Below, piece by piece: positions 36,707 through 50,864 of a stretch of 64,000 bases of DNA. Each line of letters begins with the position of its first letter. The stretch's first letter is position 1. The translations under genes were made by a program, and so were the position numbers. Source of the stretch: Octopus vulgaris (lineage: Eukaryota); assembly GCA_951406725.2 (NCBI GenBank), contig OX597823.1, forward strand, positions 70,680,001 to 70,744,000, read 5' to 3'. The notes beneath the pieces were generated by a model, which was given only the letters and a program-made list of their open reading frames with translations, searched no databases and was not told the DNA's origin.

Positions 36707-38310
36707 CAGTTGTGGCCAAAATGTTCAGAACGGCATTGTTTTCGTCAGAAAGGTAGATATAAGTTTTTATCAAAATAGTTTTATATTCTATAATTTTCAC
36801 AGACAATAAATACAATATTAATTGTTACTGTCTGAGATTTTGGTGTAATTTAAGAGGATAATACAAAAGATATGGATAATTTAGTGATTTGCTGCAAAAT
36901 CCATGGCGGCCAAAATGATCAGAACGGTTGAAAAAAATAACAAAATAATCAAAAATGACAGAGAATACAGGAATTATTTAATATTTAGTGTGAAGCCCTT
37001 TAGCTTCAATCACACTTTGACATCTTTGACTGCATGAGGAAATTAAATTTTCAATTTCTTGCTGGGTGATCTTATTCCATTCTTCCTGAAGGGCATCCCA
37101 TAATTGCTCGGTTGTTTTAGGATTTTTGGCTTTCGAACGTTCTCCTAGAATATTCCACACATTTTCAATAGGATTGAGATCTGGGCTTTGAGCAGGCCAA
37201 TCCATAACAATAACCTTTTCAGCCTTGAGGAAGTTCAGGACCACCTTAGCCTTGTGACATGGGGCATTGTCCTGCATGAATATGGGTGGTCGCTTGGTTG
37301 AATTTCTCAGCACAGGCAAGACATGATCTTTTACAAGTTGTTTATAAACTCCTGCATTTACCTTACCATGTAATCGCACCAAAGGGCCCACACCATCACC
37401 AGATATCATCCCCCAAACCATGACACTTCTTCCACCGAATACGAGTCTTACTAATGTACTTTTCGACGAACGTACCTTTTCCCATCTGAGCCAAATAACA
37501 TAAACTTAGATTCATCACTAAAATGCAACGTTTCCAATTTTTCTTGAGACCACAACAATGTTCGGTTGCAAAGGTAAGACAACACTTTTTAGTCTTGGAG
37601 CTGATCAGTGACTTCACTGCAGGTGCTCTTGCTTGTAGGTCATGTTCAACTAAACGACGAGACACAGTTTTTCGAGATAAAATTTTCTTCAGTACAATGC
37701 TCATTTCCCTTGAAACAGCAGCAGCAGTTTTAAATCTGTCCTTTTTAACCAACTTTACCATAGCATGATCTTCTCTCTTGGTCGCTTTTCTTGGCCTACC
37801 TGTAGACTTTCTAGCTTCACACGAACCACAATCATTGTAGACCTTAAGAATACCGTGAACAACACTTTTTGACTTGTTAACAATCTTTGCAATAGACCCA
37901 ATACTTAAATTATCCTTCTTTCAAAGCTTAATAATCTGCTGACGAATAGGTAAAAGAGTAAGTGGCATTATATTAACAAAGTACACTGCAGATATTCTTA
38001 CTAATGTTTAGTAAACGAACCGTCACGTAAACAAATTCAAAACATTAGAGTTCGCCGGTTAAATATACTAAAACACAGAGTAAAAGCAACCGTTCTGATC
38101 ATTTTGGCTGCCATGGGTTTTGCAGTAAATCACTAAATCATCCATAACTTTCGTATTGTCCTCTCAAATTACACCAAAATCTCAGACAATAACAAATACT
38201 ATCGTATTTATTGTTTGTGAAAATTATAGAATATAAAACAACTTTGATAAAAAATTATATCTACTTTTCTGACGAAAACAATGCCGTTCTGAACATTTTG
38301 ACCGCAACTG
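36707..38310 (-). mobile_element. Tc1-like (D,D34E) transposon with long IR-DR-type TIRs (about 225 bp), 1604 bp, TA flanks
   Basis: CAGTTGTGGCCAAAATGTTCAGAACGG../..CCGTTCTGAACATTTTGACCGCAACTG; inner repeat GGCCAAAATGATCAGAACGG near 36909 with its mirror near 38091. Confidence 0.96.
36978..37968 (-). pseudogene. Tc1 transposase, frameshifted
   Basis: GRPRK, FSDESKF, MVWG, FMQDNAPCH, WPAQSPDLNPIENVW, GLHTKY*. Confidence 0.93.
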
Positions 38311-38323
38311 TATTTATAAACAC

Positions 38324-38405
38324 ATATATGTACATGTGTTTATGTATATATATATATATCTTTGGATACATACATACATACATACATACATACATACATA
38401 CATAC

Positions 38406-38464
<59 letters not shown>

Positions 38465-38586
38465 TATATACATGTGTGTGTATGTGTATACAGATATATA
38501 CGTCTGATGACGTAACGTAACAGGTATATACTATCAGTGCTCGGGTTGGCTTACTACTAAAACTAAACTCTAATCTGTGTGTATGT
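38324..38586 (+). repeat. Direct repeat, copy 1 (copy 2 at 41835-42025)
   Basis: Identical non-microsatellite core catgtgtgtgtatg..cgtctgatgacgtaacg..ctaatctgtgtgtatgt. Confidence 0.9.
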
Positions 38587-39037
38587 TATTAATGTACACA
38601 GGAACCGCTTGAAACTCTGATGACAGATGGGAACTGGATTACTACAGAAAATAAAGTTTACTCGAACTTATGAATATTATTATGGACCGCAAAGTAAATA
38701 TAATTAAATTTACGATGTGATTGCATCTATGGAAACTCTCTTACTTTCTTGCTGAATAAATATGCATATAATCCACATATACTCACACGAGTAATTTTGT
38801 CTAAACTCTACGGACAAAAATTCTAAACTTTCATTTATTGATATATATCTAATAGCGTCTTTATATGTTTATCGTTACTTCAACTTGGCTGTTCCAAAGG
38901 AACCGACATTATTATCATTTTAAACCCCAGGAAGATGCCTCCTGCAGTTAGTTATTCAATGTAATCTTCATCCAATATATCTTTATTCATTCTGCTTAAT
39001 ATACAGTGGATTGCATAACTAGTTAGTTTATTAGTTA

Positions 39038-39436
39038 CTAGCAGTATCGCCCGGCGTTGCCCGGGTTTGTAAGGGAAATAACTATATAAGCATTTTTAGA
39101 GATGTAAAGTATAATAGCCATCTCAATATGGCTAACCACAAAGGTGGGGTGTTACTGTAGCTTTTTACGTTCTGAGATTTAATAATACATTTTTAGAGAG
39201 TTACTTCCCTTATATATGCCAAAATGCATTAAAAATGAGAAAAAAATTATGGTAAATTTTTTTTTTAATCGTAGACTCATCGTAGACGCGCGCTAATACC
39301 CAGAAGGGCTCGATATGAATCACGACTATAAGATACCCGCTTTTGGTTAAACTGCACCGCAAAATGTGGGAGTAGTTAGGAATCTAAATCGTAGGAGACA
39401 GACAGCACACAACCTCACTTTTATTTATAAAGAAGA
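39038..39436 (-). mobile_element. Non-autonomous Helitron
   Basis: On the minus strand: 5' TC, 3' GC hairpin CCCGG-GCAACG-CCGGG then CTAG, sitting between A and T. Confidence 0.8.
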
Positions 39437-40012
39437 TAACTATTCTTTCATATGCATTTGACTTTTCTATTGATCTGAAAAAAAAAAATAAAAAAAAAAT
39501 AAAAGTCCTTCCCGAGCCTCAAGTTCATAAGGCCAGGTTTTCCCGGATTCTGTGCCACATATATTCACCCCTGGACTGAACGTCGGTCAGCGGCCGGATT
39601 ACTAATTTTTGCTAGCAGAATGGACTGGAGCAACGTGAAATAAAGTGTTTTGCTCAAGAATACAGCTCATTGTCCAGTCCAAGAATCGAAACGATCTTAC
39701 GATCATATGCGCAACACCGTAGCCATTAAGTCCCGCACCACTACCTTTGTTCATTCGAATCGTTAATAATGTATTTCTATTTTGTATTTTTGCAATCAAT
39801 CTTTAGTATGTCCATTTCCCCATGTACTTCGTAAGCAGAAATTCTTGTTTTCTCTATGAGCATGTAGTGTGTATTTTAGCTATTCTTTAGGTATGTCCCA
39901 TAGGCTTTCACTTGCATATATATGCAGATATTTATCGATGTGTGTGTGCATAAGTCCCTCTCTCTCTCTGTTCCTCCTCTCTATATGTGTGTATATATAT
40001 ATATATACACAC

Positions 40013-42025
<2,013 letters not shown>

Positions 42026-42228
42026 GTCTGTGTCTATGTGTGTATGAGTGTATATATATATATCGTGTTGCATATTTGCCATTTGAATATGGCTAACCCA
42101 TAAGGGTGGATGCTACTGTAGTTTGTAGCCCCAGGAAGATATCTCCTCCAGTTGGCTATAGACACACTATCTGTGTCCTGTCAGTATTTGTGAAGGGGAG
42201 TCATCCTCCCCGTCTTCAACACATGATA

Positions 42229-42273
42229 CACACGTACCCGAGTTTCAAGGTGTTTACCTTTCATCAGCGTGTG
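42229..42273 (-). ncRNA. Minimal type I hammerhead ribozyme, unit 1
   Basis: CACACG-CTGATGA-AAGGT aaac ACCTT-GAAA-CTCGGG-TA-CGTGTG. Confidence 0.88.
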
Positions 42274-42581
42274 ACAATCATGGTTGTCGACGAGAAGTCA
42301 GATCCCTTCACAAATACATATACCTTTTCCAGTGTCGATTTGACACTGATAATGAAAAAGTGAAATCAAACAATGATAAATCTCAGAGCGAGTTATAAAC
42401 AGTAGCGGTAACACATCGTGTTGCATATTTGCCATTTGAATATGGCTAACCCATAAGGGTGGATGCTACTGTAGTTTGTAGCCCCAGGAAGATATCTCCT
42501 CCAGTTGGCTATAGACACACTATCTGTGTCCTGTCAGTATTTGTGAAGGGGAGTCATCCTCCCCGTCTTCAACACATGATA

Positions 42582-42626
42582 CACACGTACTCGAGTTTCA
42601 AGGTGTTTACCTTTCATCAGCGTGTG
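42582..42626 (-). ncRNA. Minimal type I hammerhead ribozyme, unit 2
   Basis: CACACG-CTGATGA-AAGGT aaac ACCTT-GAAA-CTCGAG-TA-CGTGTG; palindromic ACTCGAGT. Confidence 0.9.
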
Positions 42627-43092
42627 ACAATCATGGTTGTCGACGAGAAGTCAGATCCCTTCACAAATACATATACCTTTTCCAGTGTCGATTTGACACT
42701 GATAATGAAAAAGTGAAATCAAACAATGATAAATCTCAGAGCGAGTTATAAACAGTAGCGGTAACACATCGTGTTGCATATTTGCCATTTGAACCGCTAC
42801 TGTTCAATGCTGTGTAATTTTGATATGAGGTAAGGATTATTGAAACAGGAACGGACGTATTGCTATATCATTGATAATGGTTACGGTTTTCCTTTCACAC
42901 GCAATCATACATACACACACATGTACACACAGAAACACACGCACACACTCGAACACACCTACACACAGACACACACACAAGCATATAAATATATATGCAT
43001 GCGTGTATATATATATATATATATATGTAGATATGTATACATTTATCTGTCTGTCTCTGTCCCCGTCTCGCTGTCTGTTTTTTTTCTGTTTT

Positions 43093-43174
<82 letters not shown>

Positions 43175-43271
43175 CATATATACATACATACATACATACA
43201 CACATACACACACACGAGTGACTGGACAAACGAAAGAAGAGTACTCAACACACTTATTTAGAATTACATGC

Positions 43272-43421
43272 ATGGATCAAAACAGTTTGATTCAAATTCC
43301 GTGCTACTTAAAGTTTCAAGCCCCTAACGAAGCTTATATTCGGGACGATGGAAATTCTAATTTACACTGGGACTTCAAACCTTAAATAGCACGGAATTTG
43401 AATCAAACTGTTCTGATCCAT
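43272..43421. repeat. Short inverted-repeat element (about 49-bp arms) next to microsatellites
   Basis: atggatcaaaacagtttgattcaaattccgtgcta../..tagcacggaatttgaatcaaactgttctgatccat. Confidence 0.85.
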
Positions 43422-43559
43422 ATATACGAGGGTTGTATGAAAAATTTCGATCCTAATCTATATACGAGGCTGCTCGGTAGCTGAAACAATATTTTCTGGT
43501 AAGTACAGTCTTTTCGGAGTATTCTTGCTCATTTTCATGATTCTGAATTAGCAAACTTC

Positions 43560-44275
43560 TCCAGAAGGATTAAGAAAGTATTCAATATGAATGGAGGATT
43601 CCATTCAACAGCAGGTGTAGCAAGATTGTATTTCTCTAGAAAGGAAGGTGGAAGAGGTATAATATCTGTAGAAGACAGCGTGAAGTTAGCTAGAGTAGAT
43701 ATAGCTTCCTATGTAGCTAATAGTGCGGAAATGTTATGAAGAGCTGCTTGTGTAACAATAGGAAATAGGGAAACCAAAGAGCCAAATCTAATTAAAAACC
43801 AGAAAGAAGGGGCAAGATTATCTGACTGGCAAGAGAAGGCTTTGCATGGTAGATAACTACACAAAGATAGTTGCAGAAAAATAGCAATAGTGAGAGATGG
43901 TTGTGGCTGCAGAAAAAAAAGGCTGAGAAGGGAGACAGAAAGTTTGTTAGCAGCAGCACAAGATCAAGCGTTGAGGACAAACTGGATAACTAAAATAGAG
44001 AAAAATCGGGTAAATTCCAACTGTAGGTTATGTAAATTAAAGGAAAAAAGTGTTACTCATTTATCAATAATTAGTAAATGTAGTATGCTGACACAGAAGG
44101 AATACAACAAAAGACATGGCAACATAGGGAGTATAATCAATTGGAAGTTATGTACAAAGCTAGCATTTGACCATACTGATAAGAGGTATGAACATGAATC
44201 TAGTAAAATGCTAGAAAGTAAGAAGTATAAGATGCGGGCTTTTAACATTCAACTTGACAGGAGAATTTATGGGCA
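43560..44275 (+). mobile_element. R4/Dong-clade (RLE-type) LINE fragment
   Basis: RLYFSRKEGGRG, WQEKALHG, ETESLLAAAQDQALRTN, CRLC..H..C zinc knuckle, KRH motif. Confidence 0.85.
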
Positions 44276-44323
44276 TTGTCCCACAAAACCGTTCTCTTAC
44301 CATACATTTCTTAAACAGAGTTC

Positions 44324-44364
<41 letters not shown>

Positions 44365-45146
44365 CATACTCTCTAATTTATGTCTTTTCGTTGATACAGA
44401 ATTGCTTTCGTTTCTGTTTGGTCTAAAACATGCTGAGGTATATTGAGTGTAACCTTTTTGTTCCAGTCTGTTAATGCATTTCTCTGTTTCTTTCAAATGC
44501 TCATGTTTATTGTTAAGTGGGATGATACTGTTTCTAAACATGGCAAAATAAATATTTTCCTTTTTCGGTTTTACTGCTGTTTCTGTTGCTAGTATCATTG
44601 TTGTCGTAACCATTATTAAGTTTTACTGTGGTAGTGGTTGTGATGGTGTTAATGCACAATTTTGTTGATTTTGCGAACCTGTTTAGTTGCCATATTGTTC
44701 TTGTAATGGCTACCGTTGTTGTTGTTGTTGTTGTAGATGCCACTGCTTTAGCTAATGTCTTTACTGCTGTTTTGCTACTGATACTGCTTCTACTATTTTG
44801 AATTACTACAGCCTCTGTGATATTATCTGATAGGAGATGACTGCAAAAGACGGTTTCACCTTTAAAATCTCCTCTCACCTTCCAGTCTTGCTCGCTACTC
44901 GACAAAGACGGCGTCATGTTGAAAATTTTCTGCTTCGGAAAAAAAAAAGCTTTCCTTTCTTTGAAATGTTGCCCAATAGGACAAGTAATGGAAATGGCTA
45001 ACGATTCTAATCTACAAAGGAATATAAAAAAAATATAATCAACAAAAAACAGAAACAAAGTCACAAACTCCTGGCGTTTCTAAAACATTTTCAGCTTCGG
45101 CAATAAACAATAACAAGATTGTTAGAATTATTGTTAATTTTTATAT

Positions 45147-45355
45147 ACTCTTTACTCTTTTACTTGTTTCAGTCATTTGACTGCGGCCATGCTGGAGCAC
45201 CGCCTTTAGTCGATCAAATCGACCCCGGAACTTATTCTTTGTAAGCCCAGTACTTATTCTATCGGTCTCTTTTGCCGAACCGCTAAGTGGCGGGGACGTA
45301 GACACACCAGCATCGGTTGTCAAGCAATGCTAGGGGGACAAACACAGACACACAA

Positions 45356-45392
<37 letters not shown>

Positions 45393-45565
45393 CATATATA
45401 CGACAGGCTTCTTCCAGTTTCCGTCTACCAAATCCACTCACAAGGCATTAGTCGGCCCGGGGCTATAGCAGAAGACACTTGCCCAAGATGCCACGCAGTG
45501 GGACTGAACCCGCAACCATGTGGTTGGTTAGCAAGCTACTTACCACACAGCCACTCATGCGCCTA
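45147..45565 (-). mobile_element. SINE family B, full copy
   Basis: Reverse complement of 29796-30190. Confidence 0.9.
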
Positions 45566-46994
45566 TGTAACTGTGTAACATATTTTTGAGATGAGTATAA
45601 CCGATTACATCCAAACTTATACCAGAAAACATGTTACTTTTTTTTTATCTTCTTCGGAAAAATGAAGAGATACACACTTTAGTGTTATTAGGAATCTGAT
45701 TGTACCCACTGTAAGGCATTTTGCCTGCCACTTCACTGATTGTTACACATCGTCTTTAAATTCTCTTTACTTGAAAATCTATATTTTTCAGATGAGTGTC
45801 TCAAATACGTGTGAGCTGTTTTGGGATAATGTTTCATATGTGCATTCGTGTACAGGCTGATTGTCTCATTGCGTGAATATACTTTCCTGCATCAATATTT
45901 GAAGACGAAACAAGAAATATAATTGATATTCTGAACTTTACAAGATTATGATGTTTGATAAGCAGAACTACTCGAAAAAGAAAAAAAAAAAAGAAAAGGA
46001 AACATTTCCTAAAACGACTATATGTTATAGATATCGACTGGAGAGAGAAGTTTTATCTTGATCACTAAAAACCACTTATTACCACAATTCAACAAATGAA
46101 AGCATCGAAAATGAAAAGGTAACAGACAAAGAAACAGTGTCAGTCGTTCAAACAACAAGGAAGGTTACAAGCAATTTAGGTACAAATCGATATTTAGAAA
46201 TCGATTGTTTAACTAGTCATACTCATCTCGAGAGATGCATGTGAAGACACTGAACATATAAGAAATTTTCAGTTATTTTTTGTCCACGTTATTGTTTATT
46301 TGAGATAATGAAAAGTACATTATCAGTGAGTAGTTGTTGCCAGATGTGGAACAATTGCTCCTGCGTTGTGATTAGGATATTAATCAAGTATTTTAATGCT
46401 GTTTTCTTTTTCAGTTTAATCGGGAATCTAGAATACACTTTGAGAAAAAAGTAGAGGTAAGATGCAGGTGAGCAGAGGGCATGACCCAGTTTTGATTTTC
46501 GGTAGAGGTCATTTCTTATGTTGTTACACTTCTTACATATTTTGTTAATAGTCAAAATAAAGAAAAACATAAACACTAATTGCTAATCATATAACTTCTT
46601 TCCTGGCCATTTCATGATTTAAAAAAAAATCAATACGGAGCAAGTTACATATGGTGACCTCTAACTTTCGATATGTTTCAATAAACGTCTCATATTTAAC
46701 ACTAAACGGAAGACATTAAAATCAAACTTTTTATTTTCCTTCAGTAAAATTAGGTTTTATACCTATGTAGCATGAATATATGGTAGCCATCATGATTTTT
46801 CTAATATAAATACATACCTCTCTCCCCCGCCTCTCTCTCTCTCTCTCGTCAAAGAAAGAGGGAAAAAACAGAAAGGCATTAAAAGATTATAAGAGCAATC
46901 GATATATCCATCAGACACAGATCTGAAACTTAATTTTTGCGCAAAGGAAAAATTTGAAGTATGAAGTTAACGTCTTTCTCTTTGATATTGTCAA

Positions 46995-47475
46995 CGCTTA
47001 AGAGTTCAAATTTCGCTGAGGTCGACTTTGCCTTTCATCCCCTCGGGGTTGAACAGTGGGGTCGATGGAATCGACTAGCCCCCTTCCCCAAAATTTCAGG
47101 CCTTGTGCATATAATAGAAAGGGTATTACTAATCCAAATGAAACATACAATAGTGCCCTTATAGAAAGCCCTATGAAATAATGGTCAATCGAAATTTAAG
47201 AAAAATATATTTGTCAAAATTATGAAATATTTTGCATATATTCTGACAAAGGTATCTCTGATAATCCTTTCTACTATAACTACCAGACCTGGAATTTGTG
47301 GGGAGGGGTATAGTCAATCACATCTGCCCCAGTACTTGACTAATACTTAATTTATCAACTCCGAAAGGATGAAAGGCAAAGTCGACTTCGGCAGAATTTG
47401 AACTCAGAATATAAAGACGGACGAAATGCCGCTAAGCATTTGCCTGACGTGCTAACGATTCTGTCGGCTCGCCTC
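46995..47475. mobile_element. Two SINE family A copies in convergent orientation (about 46995-47125 plus, 47263-47475 minus)
   Basis: Core motif on both strands. Confidence 0.8.
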
Positions 47476-47889
47476 TTCAAAAGCTATCTCTAATAATGAT
47501 ATACGTTATTACAATGATGCATTAAAACTGATTTTATTATCAAAATTCCTGATATAAATATAATACTAATATAAAACTGTAAGAAAATAGTAGGATTATA
47601 TGGTATCATTCACAATATGATAAGCAATAGCAAGAGATTTCAACGTTTAATATTTAAAACATATTTCAATCACAGATATTACGTTTTTTAATAGAAACTG
47701 TGTAAAAGATAGAGTTTTTGTACTATCAATAATACAATTTAAAGTAAACAGCAATAACACTGGGACATAATTTTTGTCTGGTGTTGGAGACATATTTCCT
47801 AGTATTTTGGGGCGTTGCTTTTAAAAATGAAATTCATTTTGCTCTACCACGTCAAGGTTTTTTACAAACTCAAATGTCCATGTTTCAAA

Positions 47890-47948
47890 ATTTCCACTAT
47901 TGTCACTATTTCCACTATTGTCACTATTTCCACTATTGTCACTATTTC
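47890..47948. repeat. 18-bp tandem repeat x3 (tttccactattgtcacta)
   Basis: Direct reading. Confidence 0.9.
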
Positions 47949-48047
47949 TAAGGATAGATTTGGTTTCATCAACTACCGATCCATTTGTGGATCTTGATAT
48001 AACTTTTAAAACATGAATTTCAATATCATTTAAAGTAGATGCAATTA

Positions 48048-48481
48048 CGAAAGTCAGACTAAATCAAGCACTGCGTGAACATATCTACAGACAAATTCCA
48101 TAAATATGTGATATGTATGACATGAAGGACCACAGAACTGTGTTGTTGATTAACATCTAATTCTATAAAGGACATTTCTGTTATCATGATATTTAAAACT
48201 GGTTAGATTGACAATAGTGAAAGTGATCAAGCTTTAGTCATGAAAATACTTTAGTCGTGACATTTGTTTCACGACTAAAGTATTTTCATGACTAAAGCTT
48301 GATCACTTTCACTATTGTCAATCTAACCAGTTTTAAATATCATGATAACAGAAATGTCCTTTATAGAATTAGATGTTAATCAACAACACAGTTCTGTGGT
48401 CCTTCATGTCATACATATCACATATTTATGGAATTTGTCTGTAGATATGTTCACGCAGTGCTTGATTTAGTCTGACTTTCG
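48048..48481. repeat. Perfect inverted repeat, 213-bp arms with 8-nt spacer
   Basis: Arms 48048-48260 and 48269-48481; no mismatch found by eye. Confidence 0.97.
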
Positions 48482-50537
48482 ATGCTAATCAGGTGAGACA
48501 TGTTTTGTTGACTCTAACTATTTCTTATCAAAGCTGGTATTTTGAATGCACCCTCAGTGTTTTAATTGTGAGGTTTTAATTGTAAGATAAGTTTTTTTTC
48601 TTCACAAACTCTGAAGAAAAAAAAGGGTTACTTCAAAGAACTGTAGAGAGAACTTTATGGTATGTATGCTCTAGATGGAGCTTTACCATCACAAATCTGT
48701 AGTTGCTTACTTTATAACTGTTGACAATTCTGAAAATGCTTTCCCCAATTGACAACTGGTTTCAACATTATGCTTTGTATTTCAGAAATATGGTCAGCTG
48801 TGAGAGGAGAAAATACAAAATCACCTCTGATGTCTTCTGCCATATTTGTGAATGATACATTTTACTTTGGTAGCGAAACAAAATCACAGTTTGTGAAGAA
48901 AAAAACTTATCTTACCTTACTTTGGCATGTATCTGGGTGATCAAGACAAAGCCTGTGCACCACACATACTGTGTAAAACTTGTGTTGAAATGCTGAGACA
49001 GTGACTGCTTCAAATACTTAAGCAGAGAGTTTCCAACTTTGTCTTGTGAGAGAACTAAAGCTAGTGTGTTTGACGGGCAACAGATTAGATGACTATTCCA
49101 GGACGAGCAGTTTTTGGACACCGTACCTGGCGTTGGAAAAGAAGCATGGAACGCTCTTGCTGCAGTTGTGTCTGATTTTCTGGGAAGGAGGAAGTTATCT
49201 AATTATGAAGAACTTGTGCAGGCCCTTTTAACTTGTTTTCGAACACTGGGCTGCAACATAAGTGTAAAAGTGCATTTTCTGCACAGTTCAGCTGGATTAC
49301 TACCCTGAAAATCATAGTGCAATGATTGCTGAGCAAGGAGAAAGATTCCACCAAGACATCGAGACAATGGAAACTAGGTATCAAGGCAGGTGGAACACAA
49401 ATATGATGGCTGACTATTGCTGGTCTCTACAAAGAGGCTGTCGTGGTGCAAATTATTTACCCAAAACAGCAAAGAGGAAGTTAACTCCTTGAGTATTTGA
49501 AATTCCAGTTTGACAGAAATATTAATCCCAAGATATATAATTAAACATTTTGTGTATTATATTAGTTAAACAATAAAATGTACTTTTCGGTTTGTGTTTG
49601 TATCTTCTTCAGTAAGTATTTAATGGCAAAATAGATATCTTTTGGTAGAATATGAATTCCTGTTCAGCAAAAAAAACTTGTGATAAAAAAATGTTTAGGG
49701 GCATTTCTGAACGTAGTTTCATCAAATTAGGTAGGATTAATTGTTATAAGCTAGACAACTGAAAATGTTTTCGAAAATGCTCCCCTGTGTTATCAGAAAA
49801 ATAAAATAAGCAGCTGATTAGTGCCATTACTTTCCGGCAAGCAATTCAATTGTGCTTAATCAAAGAGTAGGCTTTAGAAAAAAACCTCACGCGATAGAAG
49901 ACAACTGACGGCAGTTTTGAAATTAGTGTACCACTTTTAGAGTCTAAATCAAATAAAAAACTCAACATAAATTATGTTCAAAATTGTCCCTCCTGTATAA
50001 TCTTCCTCATATCGCCAGCTCAATTTTCTTCAACAAGTAACTTTCAAAAGCTCAATTTACCTAGTTTTTAGAAAATATTTCGATCTAAATTTTAGTATTT
50101 AAAAGTGTAGTCTCAATCGCATAATTATCTTAAAACATAATTTTAACGATTTAATTTTACGCTTTCCATTTTTGAAAATTCATCGTCTCAGATATACGAT
50201 AAAAGTGAATAAACAACCCACTGATGTTGCCCGGCTGATTATAAATGTAGTATAAGCAATTGAAGCCGTATTTAATTTAAATAGCTATTGATGTATGATA
50301 CTTAACGTATACACAGTGCCAAGCATGTGGCGAACTGCGAGTACGCGCCTTTGAAATGGCCCCAAAAGGCCGAAATACATCTCATGCTCTCGCCGGCCGC
50401 TGCTGGGACGGAATTTCGTCCCTCTCTGATACTTGTGTTTTTAACACAGTAATTCCATAACAAATGTTATCTCAGAACAAATATTACAATAAAAGACATA
50501 TCGACAGTGTATGTATGTATATGTTTATATAAAAAGC

Positions 50538-50864
50538 AGAGACCTCCTTCGGTCATGAATGGCCATGGGATTGAACCTAGAAAGTTACACTCAAAGGCAT
50601 AAGTCTCGGCAAGGTTGTTTATAGAAGACCAGCAGTTGCCCGTGCATACCAGCCTCCCTCCTCTACACCACAGATGTTATCCAGGGAAAAGCAAAAGTTT
50701 GGCACGATTGGCGTCGCAGTTCATTCTACAGCTGGGTGAACTGAAGCAACGTGAAATAAAATGTCTTGTTGAAGAACACAACCCACAGCACAGTCCAGGA
50801 TATGGATCGAACTCACAGCCTCATGATTGTGAGCCCAACGCTCTAACCACTGAGCCATGTGCCT
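50538..50864 (-). mobile_element. SINE family C
   Basis: Homologous to 23912-24243. Confidence 0.82.

Larger units (their letters stand above)
42062..42793 (-). repeat. 353-bp tandem repeat, two units plus 26 bp, one hammerhead per unit (non-LTR retrozyme-like)
   Basis: Unit starts at 42062, 42415 and 42768; I see a single difference (C42238 vs T42591). Confidence 0.95.
47758..49789 (+). mobile_element. Decayed, internally deleted Chapaev3-like (CMC) DNA transposon
   Basis: Ends TAA|CACTGGG.. and ..CCCTGTG|TTA; remnants PDVFCHIC, LGDQDKACAPHILCKTC, VFDGQQIR, GCNISVKVHFLHS, EQGERFHQDIETMETRYQGRWNTNMMADYCWSL. Superfamily assignment is from recall. Confidence 0.75.

Noticed and set aside
38500-38530. 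CTGATGA in the duplicated core (also near 41943)
   Set aside because: Followed by CGTAACGTAAC with no GAAA; not an HHR as it stands.
38612-38659. AAACT-CTGATGA..GAAA ATAA-AGTTT
   Set aside because: Stem I pairs but stems II and III do not; at best a very decayed HHR.
42106-42716. Two near-identical 85-aa ORFs
   Set aside because: GTG-initiated by-products of the tandem repeat, antisense to the hammerheads; no recognisable domain.
42837-43385. YI/HT/CV-rich ORFs (also at 11.8, 30.4, 38.2, 41.6 and 51 kb)
   Set aside because: Translations of dinucleotide microsatellites.
50345-50390. TTGAAAT-GGCC ccaaaa GGCC-GAAA-TACATC
   Set aside because: Stem II and GAAA are present but A9 is missing and there is no stem I.
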